From: Octopus sinensis
Taxonomy: Eukaryota
Direction: 5' to 3'
Length of the DNA: 64,000 nucleotides
NCBI RefSeq assembly: GCF_006345805.1
Contig: NC_043005.1
Span: forward strand, 27,528,001 to 27,592,000
Shown piece after piece: positions 13,420 to 23,032 of this stretch; position 1 is the stretch's first letter, and every line of letters begins with the position of its first letter. A program made the position numbers and the translations under genes. Below the pieces are notes generated by a model. It was given only the letters and a program-made list of their open reading frames with translations. It made no database searches and had not been told where the DNA came from.

Positions 13420-13459
13420 CTGTTACTCTGAGTTTCTCGTTGCCGTTCATCAGACAGTT
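13420..13459 (-). ncRNA. Minimal type I hammerhead ribozyme motif in a Penelope-like repeat fragment
   Basis: Minus strand reads AACUGU-CUGAUGA-ACG GCAA CGA-GAAAC-UC A GA-GUA-ACAG. The conserved core is intact, stem I has 4 bp, stem III is palindromic, and there is one mismatch at the base of stem II. Confidence 0.65.
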
Positions 13460-13460
13460 T

Positions 13461-13790
13461 GGAGTGGCTGTGTGGTAAGTAGCTTCCTTACCAACCACAT
13501 GGTTCTGGGTTCAATTCCACTGCGTGGTACCTTGGGCAAGTGTCTTCTACTATAGCCTTGGGCCGACCAAAGCCTTGTGAGTGGATTTGGTAGACGGAAA
13601 CTGAAAGAAGCCCGTCGTATATATGTATATGTATGTGTTTGTGTGTCTGTATTTGTCCACCCACCCGCAACATCGCTTGACAACCGATGCTGGTGTGTTT
13701 ACGTCCCCGTAACTTAGCATAGAATAAGTACTAGGCTTACAAAGTCCACGGCCGCAGTCAAATGACTGAAACAAGTAAAGAGTAAAAGAG
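13461..13790 (+). mobile_element. SINE family A copy
   Basis: Runs from GGAGTGGCTGTGTGGTAAG to GTAAAGAGTAAAAGAG and abuts the end of a hammerhead-bearing fragment. Confidence 0.9.
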
Positions 13791-13864
13791 TATAATATAT
13801 ATATATATATATATACATTTACCCATGCGTGTATCTATATATGTGTGTGTGTCTGTCCGTATAC

Positions 13865-13907
<43 letters not shown>

Positions 13908-14736
13908 TAAAAATTGTATAATACAGCAGCATTTTCGAACTTCATTTTTTACAAATATATATATATATATATATATAAACACACACTATGAATATACATG
14001 TTATGTGCAGATATCTATATACATTATCCTTATTTACTCTTTTACTCTTGTTTCAGGTATGTGATTGCGGCCATGCTGGAGCATCGCCTTTAGTCGAACA
14101 AAGAAACCCCAGGACTTATTCTTTGTAGGCCTAGTACTTATTCTATAGCTTCTATAGCTGGATGCACTTCCTAATACCAACCATGTTAATGCGTTAACTG
14201 GGTGCTTTTCAAATGGTACCAGCAACACTGAGGATCCCAAATAATTTGTCAAACAAGACCCCTCAACAGTGGGGGAAGTATTGAGGAATAGAAAAGATGG
14301 AGTGGGAGTGAGAGAGAAAGGCAAGGGGAGAGACAGGTGGTGAAGATACGAGAGGAGACAGCCCCCCCCCCGTACACCAAAGTTATAGGGTGGTGTATGT
14401 AGTGAAGTGTGGACTGGGGATGGAGTGGAAAAGGATGGAGTGTGGAGGGGTGGAGGTCACAAAACTTCGAAAGGAGAAAGGGAGTTAGATGTGGGGGAAG
14501 GGGGAAAAACAAGTGGTGAACATGGGTCGATTGAGTGGAGGAGGGGTTTCACAAACATGGACTTTACTTTGCTGAGTGTGTTTTCTCAAGCCATAGTATA
14601 TCACCATTTGTCTTGATCCTTAGTTATCTTATCTGTGAGGCTCAGATCATTTCTCACCAATTCATCCCCCATCTTCCTAGGTCTTCCTCTCACACACACA
14701 AGTTCCCCACCCCCACCGCATGTAGAGATCACACAC

Positions 14737-14778
<42 letters not shown>

Positions 14779-15515
14779 AAATAAGAAAATGGAGGAATAG
14801 ATTCCTTTCAAACATCAACTTACAGATAATACCAATTCATATAATTTATTAACTAATTAAATAGGAACATCCAAATCCAACAGAATAAGACAGAATAAGA
14901 CAGAATAAAACAATATACATCAATGAGTAAGATAATACCATAAAAATAATACATATAAAATGGATCATAACCCTTATCTCACTTTATATATTGCATATTA
15001 AGTTTTTTATAGAAAATGTGCATGTGTGTGCATGCAGAATTATTTTCAAAATTCCTTCGTAAGCACCAACAGGCATTGGAAGCAGAAACGGCTGTAAGAA
15101 ATGTTATGTCATGCTTTGTATTAAAAAATAATCATCAGATCTGGTCCAATTTGTTTCTTTGTTGATCAAAAGTTTTTTCCATTTTCTGATTATTCAAATT
15201 TAATTCCTGATAAACTTTTTGCTTATTCTGTTGTTACCTATACTCTATGAGCATAGTGTGCCTGCATACCCATGCCCAGGGAGAGCTCAGGTAAATATGA
15301 TACCAATAGAAAATACGGATACTTTTATCCCTTAGTCGGTTACTACAACTGCTAACTCTGCTTACCTATCATCATTATCATCATCATCGTTTAATGTCTG
15401 CTTTCCATACTGGACGGTTTTTGACTGCATGAAAAACAGATACTAAATGATTATGATGATATGCACAAACACACATACATATATATATATGTGTGCGTGT
15501 GTGTGTGAATGTGTC

Positions 15516-15908
15516 ACTCTCTTGTTTCAGTCATTTGACTGCAGCCATGCTGGAGCACCACCTTTTTAGCCAAACAAATTGACCTCCAGGACTGATTCTT
15601 TGTAAGCCGAGTAATTACTCTATTAGTCCTTTTTGCTGAACCGTTAAGTTACGGGCACATAAACACACCAACATCAGTTACCAAGTGATGGTAGTGGGGG
15701 TGGGGTGGGCAAACAAATACACACACACACACACACATATATATATAACAGCCTTCTTTCAATTTCCATCTACCAAATGCACTCACAAGGCTGTGGTCAG
15801 TCCAAGGCTATAGTAGAAGACACTTGACCAAGGTGCCATACAGTGGAACTGAACCTGGAACCATGTGGTTGGGAAGCAAACTTCTTATGACACAGCCACT
15901 CCTGCACC
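15516..15908 (-). mobile_element. SINE family A copy (CpG-decayed)
   Basis: Full-length reverse copy with many CpG to TpG/CpA changes. Confidence 0.85.
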
Positions 15909-15981
15909 TATATATATATATATATATACGTATATATATACATATATATATACATATATATATATACATATATATATATAC

Positions 15982-16012
<31 letters not shown>

Positions 16013-16017
16013 CATAC

Positions 16018-16048
<31 letters not shown>

Positions 16049-16626
16049 CACACATACAAGTAAATATGAATAATCATAGTTACATATGTGTACACAGACA
16101 CATGCACACACATACGTGTATGGCATAAGTATCAGAAGAACTTTATATTGTTCTTAAAGCCATCTTATATCAGCCATGGACCACTATCATCCACCCTTCT
16201 TTGCCACTCATATTCACTAGCATGTGCCTCTGTACAGTGATACACTGTACAGCTCTCTCTCTCTCTCTCTCCTTCCCTCCCTCCCTCTCCACTTTTGCTG
16301 CCTCTACCTTCCCTCCTCCGCCTGTCATTTCCCTATCCTCAATTTTATTATTATTATCATTATGCATTTCTTCACTGTTTCTGTGCTGCCAGTCAGCACC
16401 TACTCTCCCCTAAGCCACGTTTATACATTTTTGAGATGAGGAATCATGTACATTATTCACACCGGACAGAGAGGTGTCCTCACCTTGTTTGTTGTTACCA
16501 CAACATTCCGGCTGATGTACCCTCCAGCCTTCATCAAGGTGTCCTGGTGGAATTTCGATCCCCAACCCTTTATATGACTAATGGGGTACTCTGTTCTTAT
16601 TCCTAAGGTATTCTTTTTTGCTTACA

Positions 16627-16905
16627 GGCATATAGTGTAGCGGATAAGAGCATGGGCTACTAACCCTCAAATTCTGAGTTCAATCCCTGGCATGGACTAG
16701 GGAAATAATATCAGCAAAAAAAAAATTACATCAGCAAAATAGAATACCTTAGGAATGAGAACAGTGTACCTCATTAGTCAAATAAAGGGTTGGGGACTGA
16801 AATTCCACCAGAACACCTGATGAAGACTGGAGAATACTTCAGCCGAAACACTGTGGAAACAACAAACAAGGTGAGGACACCTATCCATCCATTGTAAATA
16901 ATGGT
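16627..16905 (+). mobile_element. tRNA-headed SINE family E with hammerhead-bearing (Penelope-like) tail
   Basis: A-box-like TAGTGTAGCGG and B box GAGTTCAATCC, followed by a tail containing CTGATGA-A-stem-GAAAC. Other copies at about 1790-2070(-), 16422-16612(-), 53731-53876(+), 60050-60205(-), 60222-60476(-) and 60488-60645(+). Confidence 0.8.
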
Positions 16906-17329
16906 TGATATATGTTTATATGTATATACATGTACATTTACATGTGTGTGTGTATGCATATATGTAATATTTGTATGTGTGTATAAAAGTGTATACATTT
17001 GCATATATGTACATATTTGTATGTACATATATTTACATATGTAATTGTGTGTGTGTGTGTGTGTGTGTTTGTGTGTACACACATGCAGACATGCAAACAG
17101 GTGAGTGAATGAAAGAAATCTGACACTCAAAAAATTCTGCTTAAGTTGGATTTATGAATAGAGAATATAAAAGTTATGCCCACTTTTGAATTCCTTTCAA
17201 AACGTGTGTGTGTGCAACTCTTTGCTTGAGTGGGCCATAGAACCAATGCCAAAGTAGACGTTAGAGCACAATGCTGTTTTAGGACCCACCAGATCCTTTC
17301 AAATCACTCAAACCACACTAGCATGGAAC

Positions 17330-18243
17330 ATAGGAGTGTGAGTGGATGAACATTCTCCAATCCATTCTTATTCTGGCTACTATATTTTCAGAGCAACCAC
17401 CTCCCTTGCTAATTACATCTCCTACGTAACAAAGACTATCAACTACTACTAGTGAGCCATCTAGGGATATAAGGGAACCTATTTCCAGTGATTTCCTCAA
17501 ACATGCAGATCCAGTGCATCTATCACATATGAAGCTTATGTCCTCTGCAGGTCTGCCTCTGATTCTGTTACATCTATCGTATGTCCATCACTAACATTAA
17601 ATATAGCATATAGAGTTTACACTTACTCCTTCTCGGCATATCAAGTGAAGCCATTTTCCTCATGATACCCAGGCCCTGTCTTCTTTCCTATTCACTGAAA
17701 CCTTAAACTCTGCAAAGCTTACCTTAAGACCTCTCAATTCTAGCTTTATCATCCATGCCCAGAATTTCCTCTCTAATTCCCCAGTAGATTGAGCTACAGT
17801 ATATAGAAATTCCCATGGACAAGCCAGTCTTAAACACTTCTAGGATGGTCTGTAGGACTATGATGAATAGGAGAAGACAAAATTGAACTTTGATGGACTC
17901 CAACTCTCTTGCTAAATTCATAACTGAGGTCGTTGTTGACTCTTACTTAACTTACTGCATCTTTGTACAAGGCTTGTACAACTCGCACAAGCCATTCATT
18001 GCATGTAATCTCTTAAGTGACCACCAGATTACCGAATGTAGTACCCTGCTGTCAAATGCCTTCTTGAAGTCAACAAAAACCTCAAATAACAGTTTACACT
18101 TGGCCAAGTATTTCTCCTGCTGTTGCCTGACTAGTAGAATCACATCCATGGTACCTCTTCCAGCTCCATCCTATCATGAACCAACTGTACTACAGCTCTC
18201 TCTCTCTCTCTCGCCTCCCTCTCTCTGACTGTCATAACCTGAT
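17330..18243 (-). pseudogene. Decayed RTE-clade LINE reverse-transcriptase fragment
   Basis: Frameshifted pieces LVRQQQEKYLAK...FVDFKKAFDSRV, LLFIIVLQTILEVFKTG and VVDSLCYVGDVISKGGGCSENIVARIR match RTE RT motifs. Confidence 0.85.
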
Positions 18244-18439
18244 CCAGTACTTGATTTCTCAACAGCTTTTCTCTCTAAAACATCTCTTTTGCCTTATATA
18301 TATATATATATATATCAGGTTATGACAGTAAGAGAGAGGGAGGTGAGAGAGAGAGAGCTGTAGCACAGTTGGTTAATGATAGGATGGAGCTGGAAGAGGT
18401 ACCATGGATGTGATTCTTCTAGTCAGGCAACAGCAGGAG

Positions 18440-18444
<5 letters not shown>
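18109..18444. repeat. Inverted duplication of ~133 bp of LINE sequence
   Basis: 18109-18243 is the reverse complement of 18314-18444 with few mismatches. The 70-bp spacer ends in (TA)n. Confidence 0.9.
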
Positions 18445-18476
<32 letters not shown>

Positions 18477-19041
18477 CTATGTGGTAAGTAGCTTGCTTCC
18501 AAACTGCATGGTTCCAGTTTCAGTCCCACTGTGTGACGCCTTGAGCAAGAGTTTTCTACTATAACTTTGGGCTGACCAAAGCCTTGTGAGTGGATTTGGT
18601 AGATGGAAACTCAAAGAAGTCTGTTGTGTGTGTGTGTGTGTGGTGTGTGTGTGTATGTATGTATGTGTCTGTATTTGTTCCCTCACACACCATCACTTGA
18701 CAACCGATGTTGGTGTGTATACATCCTCATAAACTAGCTATACAGCAAAAGAGACCGATGGAATAAGTACTAGGCTTACAAAGAATAAGTCCTGGGGTCA
18801 ATATATTCGACTAAACACGGTGCTCCAGCACGGCCACAGTCAAATGACAAACATAAAAGAATAAATATATACAAACACACACACACACACACATACACAC
18901 AAATATATACATACATATATATGCATACATATATCCTTCTATATGTACACACACAAACACAATTTCATGTTCACTCATGTTCCAAACAACAGCTTAATTA
19001 AGATAAAATTGTTTTAATAAATTCTTCATTTTTTCAAAATT

Positions 19042-19458
19042 CGTCATCAGCTCCAGCTCGTATCCGAGTATTGGGTTTGTCAGTCTCCATCCAATCTCCC
19101 CGGCAGATGACTGTGCCGAATGTGACTTTGGAGTCGTCCAAGTCGGTGGTAAAAGAGTCGTGGGCAGAATTCGCACGGGATGGTTGGTGTGGGTCGAGGA
19201 TTTTAAAGATGCTCCTTTCTTCTCCTGCATTTTACCTCCTAATTCTGTTGTCTGTTCTGCTCGAAGGAGCTGGCTCCAATGCAGATAGCAGTCCTCCAGA
19301 CTGTCTTATCTATAGCTATCTGTTCCAATGAGGATGGCTGGATGTTAGTTTGAACCAGGATCAAAATTGAGCTGGTCTTTAAAATGGAATTTCGAGTCTC
19401 CTCTGTGTCTTGTTCCAATTGCAAGTTCATCATAGGGCATGGTCGTTTTAAGAGACGC
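19042..19458 (-). mobile_element. 5'-truncated RTE/BovB-like LINE 3' end with ~52-bp flanking direct repeats
   Basis: Translates, with frameshifts, as YDELAIGTRHRG..FKDQL, NIQPSSLEQIAIDKTVWR and PCEFCPRLFYHRLGRLQSHIRHSH (C-terminal zinc-finger-like motif). Direct repeats at 18990-19041 and 19459-19511. Confidence 0.85.
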
Positions 19459-20138
19459 CAGCTTAATTAAGACAAAATTGTTTTAATAAATTCTTCATTA
19501 TTCTCAAAATTAATTAAAACAAAACTAGTGTATTTCAACAGAAAGGACTGCCACCTTGCCTCATCAAAACTATCAGTAAATAACAACAACAGATGTTTGT
19601 TTTCAATGACACTAACACCACTACTGCAAGCGATGCATATAAATAGAGTTGCAGCCAATAGCCTGAATGTGTGAAAAACATTTCAGCTGCAAAACATTCT
19701 GATCCTTAAAACATCTGGACGATTTCCTGTGTAAGACACCAGATAATACTGGCACTAACTGAGAAGATCAGAAGTAGAGTGGAACGATAAACTGCAGAAT
19801 AGACCAAATACTAATGTGAAGTAAAATGGTGCAGCAGCATAGGGAGTAATGGACACGTAGCTGACACAGGAAAAAGATCAACAACACAAAAAAATATTTC
19901 CGTCATATACAAGAAAGGTAACGCAAATAAAATATGCCAGAGTAGTCTCCCTTAGACATTCTAACACTAGCGTTGTGCGTTGAGTTAAGAATTTTATTTT
20001 TAAAAGCATTTCCTGGTTATGGGGTAGTGTGAAATCTTCTCCTTTGATCAACCTTTTTTCTTTTTATTTGTTGACCCCTTTAATTCTTATTTTATTGTGG
20101 TGGACCCTCAAAACTTTTCGATGTTATTATATGTTTGA

Positions 20139-20539
20139 GGTGCAGGAGTGGCTGTGTGGTAAGTAGCTTATATACCAACCACATGGTTCTGGATTCAGCA
20201 CCACTACGTGGCACCTTGGGCAAGTGTCTTCTACCGTAGCCTCGGGTCGACCAAAGCCTTATGAGTGGATTTGGTAGACGGAAACTGAAAGAAGCCCGTC
20301 GTATATATATGTACGTGGGTGTATATGTTAGTGTGTCTGTGTTTGTCCCCCTCCCCCCCCCCCACATCGCTTGACAACTTATGCTGATGTGTTTACGTCC
20401 TCGTAACTTAGCGGTTCGGTAAAAGATACCGATAGAATAAGTACTAGGCTTACAAAGAATAAGTCCTGGAGTCGATTTGCTCAACTAAAGGCAGTGCTCC
20501 AGCATGGCTGCAGTCAAATGACTGAAACAAGTAAAAGAG
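20139..20539 (+). mobile_element. SINE family A copy
   Basis: Full-length match to the family A consensus seen elsewhere in the window. Confidence 0.9.
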
Positions 20540-21745
20540 CTAAATATAATCAGGAATTGTATTTTAAAATATGTTTAAATATTTGGTGTATTTTAAGAAT
20601 AAATCTTAAATGGACCCCCGCAGGTTCTATGGAGCCCAGTTGAGAACCATTGCTCAAAGACAAATTTTACCAATAGGAGTTCAATCTGCTGGTGGCATGT
20701 AAAAAGCACCATTTGGGCATGGTTGATGCCAGTACTGCCTGACTGGCCCTCATGCCGGCAGCACATAAAAAGCACCCACTAGGCTCTTGGAGTGGTTGGC
20801 ACTAGGAAGGGCATCCCGCTGTAGAAACTTTGCCAGATTAGATTGGAGCCTGGTGCAGCCTCCTGGCTCACCAGCCCTCAGTCAAACCGTCCAACCCGTT
20901 AAAGCATGGAAAGCATACGTTAAACAATGATGATGGTGATGATGACACACACATTGAATCAATAATTATTTCAATCCTTTATATTAATGAAATATTGAGG
21001 CACAGTCAAGGTTATGTGTTAACGTCTTTGCTTTGTAACTATGTGGTTTTGAGATCAGTTCCCCTGAACAGTACCCTAGGCAAATGTCTTTTACTACAGA
21101 CCCAGGTTGACCAATGCATCATGAATGGAGTTAGTGAAAGGAAACTGTATGGAAACCTATCGAGTGTGTGTGTATGTGTGTGTGCACAAATGTTTTATTC
21201 TACTCTAGGTACAAGGCCCGAAACTTTGTGGGAGGGGTCCAGTCAATTAGATTGACCCCAGTACACAACTGGCACTTAATTTATTGATCCTGAAAGGATG
21301 AAAGACAAAAGTTGACCTCAGCGGAATTTGAACTCTGAACGTAAAGGCAGACAAAATACCGCTAAACATTTCACCCAGCCTGTTAACACTTCTACCAGAT
21401 TACTGCCTCATTGACAATCTACTCCTTCGTCCATCACCAACTAAGAGCAAAATGGCAATATAATGTTTACATTGCTTATCGACGCAATGGATGGTCCTTT
21501 TGTGCTTTGAAGACCATTGTCTTTAATGTTCACTTTTCCACGCTTGAATGTGTCAGACGGAATTTGTTGAAGCGGATTTTCTATAGCTGGATGCCCTTCC
21601 TACTGTCAACCTTCCCTTGTTTCCAAGCAAAGTAATACTTCCCATGGCCAGACGTGGTTTTTACGGAAGGTTGAGGAGGGACAACATTGCTTGAGCAATG
21701 GTGATGCTCATTTACAAGCACCACGTGATGTGAAGGCAAAGGATG

Positions 21746-21784
<39 letters not shown>

Positions 21785-22675
21785 TATGACAGGCTTCTTT
21801 TAGTTTCCATCTAGCAAATTCACTCACAAGACATTGGTCAGCTCAGGGCTATAGTAGAAGACTCTTGCTTATAGGACTGAACCCAGAACCGCATGGTTGG
21901 GAAGCAAACTTCTTACAACACAGTCATAGCTGCACCTAGTATGCATGTGAGTGGGTGGATGTATACGCGTGTGTGTCATTGTTTTGATGCCCGCTTTTCC
22001 ATGCTAGCATGGATTGGACGGAATTTATTGAGGCAGATTTTCTACAGCTTGATGCCCTTACTGTCACCAACCCTCACCTGTTTCCAAGCAAGGTCATATT
22101 TCGCCACAGCCAGATGTATCTGCACAGAAATGAATATCACTATCTTTAAGGGTATTTGGCTGTTGTTTGCAGCAGGTCAGTTGATCACTTAGTGCACAGA
22201 CGAACAACTTGCATTTGTAATAATCTACTTTTTTTCCATTTTTTCACATTTATTTCTCATCTTCATCATTTAGCATCCACTTTCCATGCTGGCATGGGTT
22301 AAATGGTTTGACTGGAACTAGTAAGCTGAAAGCCCTTCCTAATGCCAACCACTCCAAGAGTGTAGTGGGTATCTTTTACATGTCAGTGCCACCAGCCATG
22401 ACTAGAAATATCTTATATAATTATTTCTTTATTGCCTACAAGGAGCTGAACACAGAGGGGACAAACAAGGACAGACAAAAGGATTAAGTCAATTACATCA
22501 ACCCCATGGCACAACTGGTACTTATTTAATCAACCCTGAAAAGATGAAAGGCAAAGTTGACCGTGGCAGAATTTGAACTCAGAACATAATGGCAGACAAA
22601 ATACCGCTAAGCATTTCGCCTGGCATGCTAACGATTCTACCAGCTTGCTGCCTTATATAATTGTCACTGCTTGTA

Positions 22676-23032
22676 TCATCATCATCAAGTATTTTAAATC
22701 CAGGTTTTGTCCCCGTTAATGGGGGTGGCCAGATCGACCTCAATACCATAGCATCCATCCTCACACCATCTTGCCCAGTTTGGAGCGTCCTCCCTTTTCA
22801 AACCAACCCTCCGAATCTCCTCCTCCACCTGTCCCCTCTACCTTTTCCTTAGTCTACCTCACTTTCATGCTCCATTTACCTCAAATGCAATCACCCTCCT
22901 CAGTACATGCTCTTCATCCTTCCTCAACACATGCCCATACCACCGCACTCCATTCGCCCTTCCCAACCATTCTACCGATTACTCCAACCCCAGCATCCCC
23001 GTCAAATCCTCAGTCCTCCTCTTATCAAACAG
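22676..23032 (-). mobile_element. RTE LINE 3' fragment with (GAT)n tail
   Basis: Colinear with 62644-63130, sharing TTTTAAATCCAGGTTTTGTCCCCGTT and downstream sequence. Confidence 0.85.

Noticed and set aside
16627-16690. tRNA gene
   Set aside because: It has A/B boxes but no complete cloverleaf, and it continues into SINE body, so it is a SINE head.
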